A DNA stretch of 64,000 nucleotides from Deltaproteobacteria bacterium (GTDB taxonomy: Bacteria > Desulfobacterota > Binatia > HRBIN30 > JACQVA1): assembly GCA_016178705.1 (NCBI GenBank), contig JACOST010000028.1, positions 516,951 through 580,950 on the forward strand. The letters run 5' to 3'. Position 1 is the first letter of the stretch. The number at the start of each line of letters is the position of its first letter. Both the position numbers and the translations under genes were made by a program. The notes below the pieces were generated by a model. That model searched no databases, was not told the DNA's origin, and saw only the letters and a list, made by a program, of their open reading frames with translations. Below are positions 1-9,938 of this stretch, one piece after another.

Positions 1-881
1 GTCGCCGCCACTTCGTAAGCTTCTTCCACCGTTGCCGTGCGACGCATACCGGCCTGGCGCGCGACGCCGTCGAACACGCGTTCATCCGACGCCAACGCGC
101 CGGTGTGACTCGATGCCGCGCGTTGGCCGAAGCCGGTCGTGCCGCCCTTGAGCACGACGAGCGGTTTGCGCCGCGTGAACGCCGTCGCGCGTTGCACGAG
201 ATCACGCCCATCACGCACGCCCTCCAAGTATGCGAGCCCGACGGTGGTGTCGGGATCGGCGGCGAAGTACTCCAGGTAGTCGGCGATGCCGACCGCCGCC
301 GCATTGCCGGCGGAGATACCCTTGCTGAATCCGACGCCGGTGAGTTCGCCGTAGTTCATGAAAGACGAAAGGATGTTGCCGCTCTGACTCACCGCGGAAA
401 TGCGTCCCGGTGGCGGATACGGCGGGACGATCTGCGCGCACATCTGGGCACCGGTGGAGATCAGTCCCTGTCCGTTCGGACCAGCGAGCAGGATGCCCAA
501 CTCCTTGGCGACGCGCGCCAACTCGTGTTCGGCGGCGGCGCCGTCAGCGCCCGCTTCGGCGTAGCCGCCCGAGACCACGAACGCGGCGCGCACGCCGATC
601 TGCGCGCAGGCGCGCAACACGTCGAGATTGGCGGCAGCCGGCGTACAGATGAACGCAAGATCAGCGCGACCGGCCGGGATCGCGGTGATGTCGCGGAAGG
701 TTGATCGATCCAGCACGGTGCTGCCGTCGCGATTGACCGGAAACAATTCGCCGGTGAACCCGTGGCAGAGGAGATTGTGCAGCGCGGCGAAGCCGAACTT
801 GCCCGGGTGCGTCGACACCCCGGGGATCACGATGCCGCGCGGATAGAAGAGCGGACGGTAGCGCTCGACCAGATCGGACAT
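1..881 (-). CDS. NDP-forming acyl-CoA synthetase alpha subunit (CoA-binding), runs off the left edge of the window
   Basis: Translated by hand from ATG at 881 (overlaps the upstream TGA): MSDLVERYRPLFYPRGIVIPGVSTHPGKFG...GPNGQG...SQSGN...KGGTTGFGQRAASSHTGALAS, with the phospho-His motif SHTG. Not in the ORF track because it has no stop inside the window. Confidence 0.9.
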   Translation of the reverse strand, partial: MSDLVERYRPLFYPRGIVIPGVSTHPGKFGFAALHNLLCHGFTGELFPVNRDGSTVLDRSTFRDITAIPAGRADLAFICTPAAANLDVLRACAQIGVRAAFVVSGGYAEAGADGAAAEHELARVAKELGILLAGPNGQGLISTGAQMCAQIVPPYPPPGRISAVSQSGNILSSFMNYGELTGVGFSKGISAGNAAAVGIADYLEYFAADPDTTVGLAYLEGVRDGRDLVQRATAFTRRKPLVVLKGGTTGFGQRAASSHTGALASDERVFDGVARQAGMRRTATVEEAYEVAA

Positions 882-1528
882 CAGTCGGCGACCTCCATCA
901 GCGCGTCGACGGCGATCGGGCTGGCACCCCGCACGATGAGAGGATTGATGTCGAGCGAGCGCACGGCATCCCGTTCGAGGCCGATGCGGCCGACCGCGAT
1001 CAGCACCTGAGCCAGCGCGTCGCGATCGATGCTGGGTTCGCCGCGGAAGGCTCCGAGCAGATGTGCGGCTTGCAGATCGCCGACCATGTCGTCGGCGTCG
1101 GCGCGCGAGAGCGGGGCCATGCGGAATACCACGTCGCGCATCGCTTCGGCGAGAATGCCGCCGAGCCCGAGCATCACGCAGGGACCGAACTGCGGATCAC
1201 GGATCAACCCGACGATGATCTCGCGCCGTCCGTGTACCATCGCCTGCACCAACAACTGCGCGTCGCCATCAGCCGGCTGCTTCTTCGCCAACAGTTCTGT
1301 GGCCGCAGCGCGCACCATGCCAGCGTCTATCAAATTGAGTCGGACGAGATCGCGCTCGGTCTTGTGTGCGATGGCACGACCGCACAGTTTGAGCACCACC
1401 GGAAAGCCGAGCTGCGTAGCCGCCGCGACCGCCCGATCGGGATCCGTCGCCAAATGTTCGGGCGTGGTGGCGATGCCGTACTCGCGCAGCAGTTGCTTCG
1501 ATTCGAACTCAGAGAGCGTGTGACTCAT
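881..1528 (-). CDS. NDP-forming acyl-CoA synthetase beta subunit (ATP-grasp)
   Basis: LSEFESKQLL, GFPVVLK, HKTE, DPQFGP, DINPL and VDAL motifs; translationally coupled to the alpha subunit. Confidence 0.9.
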   Translation of the reverse strand: MSHTLSEFESKQLLREYGIATTPEHLATDPDRAVAAATQLGFPVVLKLCGRAIAHKTERDLVRLNLIDAGMVRAAATELLAKKQPADGDAQLLVQAMVHGRREIIVGLIRDPQFGPCVMLGLGGILAEAMRDVVFRMAPLSRADADDMVGDLQAAHLLGAFRGEPSIDRDALAQVLIAVGRIGLERDAVRSLDINPLIVRGASPIAVDALMEVAD

Positions 1529-1785
1529 GCGCGACAACCATTAGGGGAGCGATTCGCGAATTACAAGTTACGGAGAGCCGCAGCGAGCGAGTGATTGGGC
1601 GTGATAGCCTGATGCCGTTCGATACCCGGTGTGGTGGAGGGCGGCCTACGACGGTAGTTCCTTGAAGCCGTAATGCATTCGGGTGTATGAGGCGCGCATA
1701 CATGCCCGCGAAGTTTGGTGAGGGTTGCCGCTTCGTTGTTACGCCTCGTTCAAACTCGTCATGCATGACATGAGAGGAGGCCATC

Positions 1786-2262
1786 ATGAGCATACTTACA
1801 GACGACATGAAGCGCGTCGTGCGCCAACAGCGCCTCGCCTTCGTTGCGACCGTCTGTCCCGACAACACGCCCAACGTTTCGCCGAAGGGCTGCATCGCTG
1901 TCTGGGGTGACGATCATCTCGTGTTCGCGAACATTCGATCGCCTCGCACCATTTCCAATCTTCGGCACAACCCCGCGATCGAGATCAACGTTATCGATCC
2001 CTTCGTTCGCAAGGGTTATCGCTTCAAGGGTACTGCAACGGTCGTGGAAGCTGGCGCGAGGTACGAGGAGATCACAGCTTTCTTCCGGGCACGGGGGGTT
2101 CAAAGCCCCATCTTAGAAGTGGTGGTCGTTACGGTCGAGCGTGCAACTCCCGTGACGTCGCCAGCCTACGATCGCGGGGTCTCAGAAGCGGAAACCCGCG
2201 CGCGGTGGGAGCGCCATCACGAGGCGGTCAAGCGGGGTACGGAGGAGTCTACTGGTGAGTAG
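1786..2262 (+). CDS. pyridoxamine 5'-phosphate oxidase-like FMN-binding split-barrel protein
   Basis: FVATV..D.TPNVSPKG, TISNLRHNP, GYRFKG; GGAGG ribosome-binding site (RBS). Confidence 0.85.
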   Translation: MSILTDDMKRVVRQQRLAFVATVCPDNTPNVSPKGCIAVWGDDHLVFANIRSPRTISNLRHNPAIEINVIDPFVRKGYRFKGTATVVEAGARYEEITAFFRARGVQSPILEVVVVTVERATPVTSPAYDRGVSEAETRARWERHHEAVKRGTEESTGE

Positions 2263-2305
2263 GCGGTGAGCGGCTCGGTTGTTGGGCGTCGGAGAAGGAG
2301 GCAGC

Positions 2306-2935
2306 ATGCAGTCACCCGACTCGCGCTTCGACATTGGCAGCGAATCAGATCTGGTGCGTCTGTTCGACCCTCCGAAGGAGGCATCGCTCGTCAAGGAGTT
2401 CGACCACGTCGATGCCAACTATGCGGCCTGGATCGCGGCCTCCCCGTTTTTCGTGTTGTGCACCGCAGGGGACACTGGGCTCGATGCCTCGCCGCGCGGG
2501 GACGCGGCCGGCTTCGTAGAGGTCATGGATTCGAAGACCCTGCTGATTCCCGACCGCCGCGGCAACAATCGCATCGATAGCCTGCGCAATCTGATGGTGG
2601 ATCCGCGCGTCGCGCTCCTGTTTCTGATTCCGGGTATGGGTGAAACCTTGCGCGTGAACGGTCGTGCACGAGTCAATGCCGATCCGGCCACGCTGTCCCG
2701 CTTCCAGGTTCGGGGAGTCGAACCCAAACTCATCCTCGTGGTGACCGTCGACGCGGCCTACTTCCAGTGCTCGCGCGCCGTGGTGCGCAGTGACCTCTGG
2801 AACGTTGAGCGTCACGTGGCGCGCGGAAATCTGCCCACACCTGGCAAGGTCCTCAACGACGCGACGGCTGGCAGGATTGACGGTGGCGTGTACGACCGGG
2901 AGCTACCTGCACGCATCAAGTCCACGCTCTACTGA
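2306..2935 (+). CDS. PPOX-family FMN-binding protein (MSMEG_1061-like)
   Basis: DASPRGD..GFV, PDRRGNNRIDSLRN, LLFLIPG..ETLRVNG, YFQCSRA; AGGAGG RBS before ATG 2306. Confidence 0.88.
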   Translation: MQSPDSRFDIGSESDLVRLFDPPKEASLVKEFDHVDANYAAWIAASPFFVLCTAGDTGLDASPRGDAAGFVEVMDSKTLLIPDRRGNNRIDSLRNLMVDPRVALLFLIPGMGETLRVNGRARVNADPATLSRFQVRGVEPKLILVVTVDAAYFQCSRAVVRSDLWNVERHVARGNLPTPGKVLNDATAGRIDGGVYDRELPARIKSTLY

Positions 2936-3024
2936 GGTGTTGGCATCGATCTCAGCGAGATGCCCATGCTCCCACCCGGGCCCAACGGCTCAACTCCTTG
3001 GGACGGACCAGTGAGGATGGGGTC

Positions 3025-3651
3025 GTGAGTTGGGAGCACCTTCGCTTCTCCTACGACCTCGTGGCGACGAAGTACGAGGAGCGGTTTCGTGACGAGCTTC
3101 AGGGCAAACCGCGCGACCGAGAGCTGCTCGAGTCGTTTGCGGCAGCGGTCGGCGACCCGATCGTGGAGATCGGATGCGGGCCTGGCCAAGTCGGCGTGTT
3201 TGTCCGAGAACGGGGTCGACGCGTCGTTGGGCTCGACCTCAGCCACGAGATGGCAAAGCTCGCGAGCCGCCGGCTGAACGGGGCGGTTACTGCAGACATG
3301 CGCGCACTTCCGCTACGCATGGGTGCGGTCGGCGGCATCCTCGCGTTCTATTCCCTTATCCACCTTCGTCGGCTGGAGCTGGAATCGGTGCTGCGGGCGT
3401 TCCACCGAGTTCTGCGGCCAGCCGGGAGGATACTGCTCTCAGCTCACGAGGGCCAGGGCGAAGTTGGAGTCGCTGAGTTCCTCGGGGAACCTGCACCCGT
3501 CGCCGCCACGCTCTTTGAGCTCGCAGAGCTGACTAAATCCGCCATAGCCGCCGGGTTCGACATCATCCGCGCGGAGCGGCGCGAGCCATATCCGTCAGAG
3601 GGCCAGACAGTTCGCCTCTACGTCGAGGGGCGGCGACGGGGCGTCACCTGA
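3025..3651 (+). CDS. class I SAM-dependent methyltransferase
   Basis: SYD.VA..Y, EIGCGPG, GLDLS, FYSLIH; start codon uncertain (GTG 3025 chosen). Confidence 0.85.
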   Translation: MSWEHLRFSYDLVATKYEERFRDELQGKPRDRELLESFAAAVGDPIVEIGCGPGQVGVFVRERGRRVVGLDLSHEMAKLASRRLNGAVTADMRALPLRMGAVGGILAFYSLIHLRRLELESVLRAFHRVLRPAGRILLSAHEGQGEVGVAEFLGEPAPVAATLFELAELTKSAIAAGFDIIRAERREPYPSEGQTVRLYVEGRRRGVT

Positions 3652-3802
3652 CGCCCGGTTGAGGGCCAGATGACCTACCTGCCGAACACGGCGCGGCGCA
3701 CCACGGGCAGGGCCTTCGAAGTGAGTCACTACTCGAAAGGCGGAATCGATGAATAGCGGAATTGGTTGCGAGCGATGCCAGCCTTTGCTACCCTCCGCGA
3801 CA

Positions 3803-4492
3803 ATGCGCCTGAACCAGGCTTGGCTGGCGACGCGTCAACGCATCGCGTTCGCCGTCACACTCTGCGCCCTCACTTTGACCTTGCGACCGATGACGGTTGC
3901 CGCCCAACGGGCGGCGGAGGCGAAGTATGTCGATCCGGCGCGGGCTGCCGAACTCGCGCAACGCTCGATTGTTCTGATGAAGCAAGGCGAAGACGCCTAT
4001 GATCCGGCGCAGAAGGAGCAACTCTACCGCGAGGGCTATGATCTGGCTCAGCAAGCGGTGGCGGCCGACGACTCGAATGCGGATGCTCACTTCGCGCTGT
4101 TTGCGACGATGGGTCGCGTGATGTTGGCCGACGGGGTGACGCTCAACCCATTCAGCCTGGTGCGCGTGAATCGCGAGTTGGAACGCGCCCTCGAACTCAA
4201 TCCGCAACACTCCGACGCGCTCGCGGCGAAGGGCGGCCTCTATCGCCAACTCCCGCGGCTGCTCGGCGGGAATCTCAGCAAGGCCGAGCAATACTTGCAG
4301 CGATCGATCGAGCTGGACCCGAATGCGGTCGGCGCGCGCATCGAGCTGGCGTTGACCTATCAAGAGATGGGCGAGGCTGAGAAAGCCGTCGAGCCGCTGA
4401 AGCTCGCCGCGGCGATCGCGGAGCAGCAGGGCAAAACGCGTCAGTTGTACGAAGCTCGCGAGTTGCTGAGCACGATCCAACCGAAGAACTAA
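3803..4492 (+). CDS. exported tetratricopeptide-repeat protein
   Basis: Signal-peptide-like N-terminus; TPR-like segments (ERALELNPQHSDAL, QRSIELDPNAVGAR). Start 3803 is supported by TGnTACCCT 8 nt upstream. Confidence 0.75.
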   Translation: MRLNQAWLATRQRIAFAVTLCALTLTLRPMTVAAQRAAEAKYVDPARAAELAQRSIVLMKQGEDAYDPAQKEQLYREGYDLAQQAVAADDSNADAHFALFATMGRVMLADGVTLNPFSLVRVNRELERALELNPQHSDALAAKGGLYRQLPRLLGGNLSKAEQYLQRSIELDPNAVGARIELALTYQEMGEAEKAVEPLKLAAAIAEQQGKTRQLYEARELLSTIQPKN

Positions 4493-4520
4493 AGGCGCCC
4501 CGTCGCCGGCACGTCGCCGG

Positions 4521-4859
4521 TCACTTGGGTGTAAACGTTTTCAAATAAGCAAGCAAGTTTTCGATGTCGTCCGACGACAGCGAGGTACCGAACGGTACCA
4601 TCGGCGTGCCGGGCTTGCCGTTCTTGATCGCGTTCTTCACTTGCTCGTCGTTGGAGGTCTTCCAGTAGTCCGTGGACGTGAAGTTCGACGGCGGCGGCTT
4701 GAGCGCGGCACCGACCGGACCCTCGCCCTTGCCGGTGGCGCCGTGACAGAACGCGCAGCGGCCTGTGTACAGTGCCTTGCCCTTGTCGACATCGCCGGCT
4801 TGGGCCACAGCGACCACGCATAGGAGCCCACCGATCGCCATCAGTATCCGTTGTCTCAC
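4521..4859 (-). CDS. monoheme c-type cytochrome
   Basis: Signal peptide, CAFCH heme-binding motif, distal Met in GTPMVPF; GGAGGA RBS before GTG. Confidence 0.92.
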   Translation of the reverse strand: MRQRILMAIGGLLCVVAVAQAGDVDKGKALYTGRCAFCHGATGKGEGPVGAALKPPPSNFTSTDYWKTSNDEQVKNAIKNGKPGTPMVPFGTSLSSDDIENLLAYLKTFTPK

Positions 4860-4987
4860 AGTACGTTCCTCCGGAGCGGCGCATAGAATCGTATCGCCTT
4901 GAGCAGGTCAAGCCGAACGCGAGTATTGCGAGCGGCGAGCAGCGGAGCACCAAGCATTGGGCGCTCGTGATGTGCTAGGGTGCCGCG

Positions 4988-5761
4988 ATGCACAGCGCGG
5001 TTGCGGAAGGTGTGGCGGTCTTTGCGGCCGCGTTCGTCGCCGGCATGATCAACTCTGTGGCGGGTGGCGGAACGCTGATCACCTTCCCAACGCTAGTGTG
5101 GCTCGGACGCGATCCGATCATCGCCAACGTCACCAGCACCGTTGCGTTGTGGCCGGGCTCGCTCGGCGGGATGTTGGGATTCCGCCGCGAGCTGGGCGAC
5201 AGCCGTCGCTGGATGCTGCTGCTCGCGGGGCCGTCGATCGCCGGCGGATTGCTGGGGGCGTTCTTGTTGTTGCGCACGCCGTCGCGGACGTTTGCGGCGA
5301 TCGTGCCGTACCTGATTCTGTTTGCCACTATCTTGTTCGCCGTCCAAGAACCGCTGGCGCGCTGGCTGCGGCGGAACGAGGAAGCGCCAGGCGGGCAGCG
5401 TGACGACTGGTGGTTGGGCATCGCAGCGTTTCAGTTTCTGGTCGCGGTGTACGGCGGCTACTTCGGCGCCGGTATCGGCATTCTGATGCTGGCGGCGCTC
5501 GGCCTGCTCGGGCTCAGTGACATTCATCAGATGAACGGGCTGAAGAATTTCTGCGCGGTATGCATCAATCTGGTCGCGGCGGGCTACTTCATGTTGTGGG
5601 GGCCGGTGAATTGGCTCGACGCGATGGTGATGGGCGCCGGAGCGATCACTGGCGGCTTCGGTGGCGCAGGCTTGGCGCGCCGATTGGGACGTGAGTTCGT
5701 GCGCCACGTCGTCGTGGTGATCGGTTTCGCGATGGCGATCTCGCTGTTCTTGCGGGGCTAG
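4988..5761 (+). CDS. sulfite exporter TauE/SafE family membrane protein
   Basis: GMINSVAGGGTLITFP and YGGYFGAGIG repeats; multiple TM helices. Confidence 0.9.
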   Translation: MHSAVAEGVAVFAAAFVAGMINSVAGGGTLITFPTLVWLGRDPIIANVTSTVALWPGSLGGMLGFRRELGDSRRWMLLLAGPSIAGGLLGAFLLLRTPSRTFAAIVPYLILFATILFAVQEPLARWLRRNEEAPGGQRDDWWLGIAAFQFLVAVYGGYFGAGIGILMLAALGLLGLSDIHQMNGLKNFCAVCINLVAAGYFMLWGPVNWLDAMVMGAGAITGGFGGAGLARRLGREFVRHVVVVIGFAMAISLFLRG

Positions 5762-5786
5762 GCGTCTTCCCATATTGGCTGCCGGC

Positions 5787-8700
5787 ATGTCGCGGGTTCG
5801 GGCACAGACGGTTGCGGCGCTGCTGTTCGGCTCCGGGTTTTGCGCACTGATCTACGAAGTCGCGTGGTTGCGCCTGCTGCGGTTGGTGTTCGGCGCATCG
5901 ACTGCGGCGAACGCTGCGGTGCTGGCGATCTTCCTCGGCGGGCTGGGATTCGGTGGATGGTGGCTCGGGCGGCGGGCGGACGCCGCACGCAATCCGCTCG
6001 CGTTCTATGCGCGCCTGGAGTTTGGGGTGGCGGTGGCGGCGGCGGCGAGTCCGCTGCTGGTCATGCTGGTGCGCTCGCTCTATCTCGCCCTCGGCGGAAC
6101 CGCCGCGCTCGGCACAACCGGCGGCACCTTGCTGCGACTAGGGTTGTCGACGCTGGTGCTGGGTTTTCCCACCGTACTCATGGGCGGAACACTGCCGGCC
6201 GCTGTGCGTGCGGTTGAGCGCCGCGCCGACGCCGGCCGGCGCCAGATGGGTCTGATCTACGGCGCCAACACGCTCGGCGCCGTGGCGGGCAGCTTGTGCG
6301 CGAGTTTTTTATGCCTTGAGACGGTCGGCACCAATCGCACCGTCTGGCTGGCGAGCGTGATCAATCTGATGGTGGCGTTGCTGGCGTCCGGCATCGCGCG
6401 CCGCGTCGTGGTGGTGACGGATGAGGATTCCGTCGAGTCGCGCTTGCCCGCCGTCTCATCCGCACCGGTGGCGTTGATCTGGATGGCGGCCGCGGTGGTT
6501 GGCTTCGCGTTCCTGCTGATGGAGCTGGTGTGGTACCGCATGCTGGCACCGCTGCTCGGCGGGTCGTCGTATACATTCGGATTGATTCTGGCGGTGGCGC
6601 TGCTCGGCATCGGTGTCGGCAGCGTCCTGTACGCGGTCGGCGCACAACAACGCCGGCCGACGTTGATGACATTCGCCGCGAGCTGCGCGCTCGAAGCCTT
6701 GTGCATCGCCCTGCCTTACGCAGCGGGCGATCGAATCGCCGTGGCGGCGATGGTGATGCGCCCGCTGGGTTTCATCGGCTTCCTGCCTTTGGTCGGCACG
6801 TGGCTGGCGATCTCGCTGGTGGTGGTGTTTCCGGCCGCGGTCGTGTCGGGGTATCAGTTCCCGCTCTTGGTTGGATTGCTCGGAGCGGGTGACCAACGCG
6901 TGGGCCGCGAGGTCGGCCAAGCGTACGCATGGAACACGGTCGGCGCGATCGTCGGCTCATTGGCGGGAGGCTTTGGCTTGCTACCGCTGCTGTCGGCCCC
7001 GGGCGTGTGGCGGCTCGTCGTGTACTTGCTGATCGGGTTGGCCGTGATCAGTGTGGCGCGGGCGCTGCGCGACGCCGCTAGTCGGAGTCGCGCCTTGACG
7101 CCGTTGCTAGTCGCGGCGGTGAGCGTATTGTTGTGCCGCGCGGAGGGGCCCACCGCGTTTTGGCGTCACTCCCCGATCGGCGCCGGGCGGCTGCACATGT
7201 CGATCGATGCACCAAACGACTTGCAGCGTCTCTTCAACGAGCGGCGACGTCCGATCATTTGGGAAGCCGATGGCGTCGAAAGCACCGTCGGGCTCGACCG
7301 GTCGAATGCCTACGCATTCATCGTCCACGGCAAATCCGACGGCAACGCGATCGCTGACGCACCGACGCAGGTGATGTCGGGGCTCATCGGCGCGCTGCTT
7401 CACCTCGAGCCCAAGCGCGTTTTGGTGATTGGCCTCGGCACTGGCAGCACCGCCGGTTGGTTGGCGCAGGTACCGTCGGTCGAACGGGTCGATGTGGTCG
7501 AGCTGGAGCCGGCGATTTTGCACGTCGCCGAAGTCTGCAGTCCGGTGAATCAGAATGTGCTCGCGAATCCGAAGGTGCATATCGTCATCGGCGACGGCCG
7601 CGAGTTCTTGCTAACCACGAGCGAGCGCTATGACATCATCTTTTCCGAGCCGTCCAATCCGTATCGCGCGGGTGTGGCCAGTCTGTTCACGCATGAGTTC
7701 TACGACGCGGTGCGCGCGCGGCTGACCGAGGCCGGGGTGTTCGTGCAATGGGTCCAGGCCTATGAGGTTGGTGCGTCCACGCTCCGCAGTGTGTATGCAA
7801 CGGTCGGCCGCACGTTCCCGGCGGTGGAAACCTGGGAAGTGAATCGCAACCACGATCTCGTCCTGACGGCGCGCCAACGGGTGAGCCCGCACGACGTGGC
7901 GCAACTACGTGCGCTCGTCGCCACTGAGCCGTATCGCAGCGCGCTGCAACTTGTCTGGGGTGTTACGGGCGTGGAAGGATTTTATAGCCGGTACCTCGGC
8001 AACGCAGGATTCGGTGAGGCGCTGGCGCACGCCGACGATGGCCGGATCAATACCGATGATCGGACCCTGATCGAGTTCGAGTTTGCCCGCACCGTGGGCC
8101 GCGAAGGTCTGTTGAACGTGGACGATTTGCGCGCGCTGGCGGTGGCGCATGGAAATCACCGGCCGCCGATCCAAGGCGGCGCGATCGATTGGAACTTGGC
8201 GGATGAGTTGCGCAGCTTGCGCGCGGCGACCGAAGCGTCGGTTCCAGAAACCGTCCCTTCGCCGGATGCCGCGTTGAACGAGCGACTGCGCGCGCGTCAG
8301 GCCTATGCGAGCGGAAATATCAATGAGGCGCGGTTGCACTGGCAGGCGCAGACCGAAGGACCGAAAGGGCCGCGCGACATCACCATGCTGGCGGAGATGT
8401 ATACGGTGGCGGGTGATGCCCGGGCGCTGGAGTACATCGATGCGCTCCAGTCGCTGTTCCCGCCGGAGGCCGAAGCGTTGCTGGCGCAGTGGCATCACCG
8501 CGCCGGCGAGGTGGACAGTGCGGCGGCGCATCTGCTCGCCGCATTCTCCGCTTACCGCGAGTTCCCGTGGGCGCATCCGATCGTCCTGAACCATGCGCTC
8601 GCGCTGGCGTGGACGATCGCGACTCAGCGGCCGCAGTGGGCGGGCGAACTCTTCACTGCGCTCGCGGAGCCCTTTGCGGTGCGGGTCCTCGACGAAGCGC

Positions 8701-8936
8701 GCATGCACGCCTACGCCGATATTGGGCTGATGACCGACTTCGACGGCAAGTGCATCGCGGCATTGGCGCCGTTCGAGCCGCATACGATTTGGGATCGTCG
8801 GTTCCTCGAAGAGCGCGCTCGCTGTTACGACACACACCACCATCCACTGGCTGAGCGCGCGCGGCGTGAGCTCGCCACCTACCTCGCGAACGCACCGGGC
8901 CGGATCGATCAGGGGCTGACCCCGGCGCAGCCGTAG
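5787..8936 (+). CDS. fused MFS-like membrane domain / spermidine synthase-like protein with helical C-terminal extension
   Basis: SGFCALIYEVAWLR and ANTLGAVAG membrane repeats, then VIGLGTGST, VELEP, DGR, DIIFSEPSNP. Confidence 0.85.
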   Translation: MSRVRAQTVAALLFGSGFCALIYEVAWLRLLRLVFGASTAANAAVLAIFLGGLGFGGWWLGRRADAARNPLAFYARLEFGVAVAAAASPLLVMLVRSLYLALGGTAALGTTGGTLLRLGLSTLVLGFPTVLMGGTLPAAVRAVERRADAGRRQMGLIYGANTLGAVAGSLCASFLCLETVGTNRTVWLASVINLMVALLASGIARRVVVVTDEDSVESRLPAVSSAPVALIWMAAAVVGFAFLLMELVWYRMLAPLLGGSSYTFGLILAVALLGIGVGSVLYAVGAQQRRPTLMTFAASCALEALCIALPYAAGDRIAVAAMVMRPLGFIGFLPLVGTWLAISLVVVFPAAVVSGYQFPLLVGLLGAGDQRVGREVGQAYAWNTVGAIVGSLAGGFGLLPLLSAPGVWRLVVYLLIGLAVISVARALRDAASRSRALTPLLVAAVSVLLCRAEGPTAFWRHSPIGAGRLHMSIDAPNDLQRLFNERRRPIIWEADGVESTVGLDRSNAYAFIVHGKSDGNAIADAPTQVMSGLIGALLHLEPKRVLVIGLGTGSTAGWLAQVPSVERVDVVELEPAILHVAEVCSPVNQNVLANPKVHIVIGDGREFLLTTSERYDIIFSEPSNPYRAGVASLFTHEFYDAVRARLTEAGVFVQWVQAYEVGASTLRSVYATVGRTFPAVETWEVNRNHDLVLTARQRVSPHDVAQLRALVATEPYRSALQLVWGVTGVEGFYSRYLGNAGFGEALAHADDGRINTDDRTLIEFEFARTVGREGLLNVDDLRALAVAHGNHRPPIQGGAIDWNLADELRSLRAATEASVPETVPSPDAALNERLRARQAYASGNINEARLHWQAQTEGPKGPRDITMLAEMYTVAGDARALEYIDALQSLFPPEAEALLAQWHHRAGEVDSAAAHLLAAFSAYREFPWAHPIVLNHALALAWTIATQRPQWAGELFTALAEPFAVRVLDEARMHAYADIGLMTDFDGKCIAALAPFEPHTIWDRRFLEERARCYDTHHHPLAERARRELATYLANAPGRIDQGLTPAQP

Positions 8937-8978
8937 CGATTGTGTGGTGACGGGATGTTGAGGCAGGCAACCGCGCGG

Positions 8979-9797
8979 TCACGACACGGCGCGAGGTTTG
9001 TAGATCGCGGTGTGTCGAATGTGTTGGACGACGTGGTCGGGATCGGCAACCACCAGGATGTCGAGGACCACGAATTCGTGACCCTTGCGCTCGAAACACT
9101 CGGCGACCCGGGTGCGCAGACTGATGGTCTGGCCGTAGCGCGCGAGAGAATAGTGTGTGACCTCGCTGGCGGTATGGATCCACGGGCCGAGCACGACGTT
9201 GCGGGCAAGAACTCGATTGGCGAGTGCAAGCAACAGGGCAGGGTGAGCGATCCCGTCGGCGCCGCGGTACAGCGGCAAGTCATCACCGACGGCATCGACG
9301 AAGGCGATGGCCTTGCGTGCATCGAGACGCAACCCGAGCGTGCCGAGCACGGTGCCCGCGGCCAGTGCTGACGCGGCCGCGGGCGGACGCATGACCGGCA
9401 GCGGCGCGATTGGGTAGTTCGCCACGTCGGGTTCTGCGCTCGGCGACGACGTGCGGGCGCTGCCCCGCGCGCAAACGACTCCGTCGGGTCGTTGCACCGT
9501 CAGCTCGATGTGGTCGTTGGTGTTGTGCGCAACGACGGTGATCTCTTCGCCGTCGTAACACGGTTGCATGAAGCGGCCGCTCGCGCCTCCGCGCGCCAGC
9601 CACTGGGCGCCCAAGCGCGCGACGACCGGGCGAGTGAGGTACCCGAACACCGCGATGCCCGGCACCAGCCCGCCGGCGAAACCGTACTGGCGCGCAACGG
9701 TGTCGTCGTGGATCTTGTTGTCCGAGTCGGACGCGATATTGCGCGCCAGCACTCGATAGGTGCCGAACGGTTCAGCCGATGGGGAGTGACCGCTCAC
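8979..9797 (-). CDS. MaoC-like / double hot-dog fold protein (putative R-specific hydratase)
   Basis: NKIHDD..A..YGF.GGLVPG hydratase-like motif; second hot-dog half with GPWIH and FERKGHEFV. Confidence 0.75.
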   Translation of the reverse strand: MSGHSPSAEPFGTYRVLARNIASDSDNKIHDDTVARQYGFAGGLVPGIAVFGYLTRPVVARLGAQWLARGGASGRFMQPCYDGEEITVVAHNTNDHIELTVQRPDGVVCARGSARTSSPSAEPDVANYPIAPLPVMRPPAAASALAAGTVLGTLGLRLDARKAIAFVDAVGDDLPLYRGADGIAHPALLLALANRVLARNVVLGPWIHTASEVTHYSLARYGQTISLRTRVAECFERKGHEFVVLDILVVADPDHVVQHIRHTAIYKPRAVS

Positions 9798-9800
9798 GGG

Positions 9801-9920
9801 TTACTTCTTCTGCTCCATCTCTTGCCCGCAGCATTTGATTGAGCCGGTGCCGGCTTTGGTGACGATGACCTGCGAGCCGCACTTGCCGCAGATGTACATT
9901 TTGCCGAGTTGGTTTGCCAT
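9801..9920 (-). CDS. desulforedoxin-like small metal-binding protein, 39 aa (not in ORF track)
   Basis: MANQLGKMYICGKCGSQVIVTKAGTGSIKCCGQEMEQKK; Y-x-CxxC-G...G-x-G...CCG-x-x-M desulforedoxin pattern; purine-rich RBS; fills the gap between two co-oriented genes. Confidence 0.9.
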   Translation of the reverse strand: MANQLGKMYICGKCGSQVIVTKAGTGSIKCCGQEMEQKK

Positions 9921-9938
9921 TGCTCTCTCTCTGCTCGA

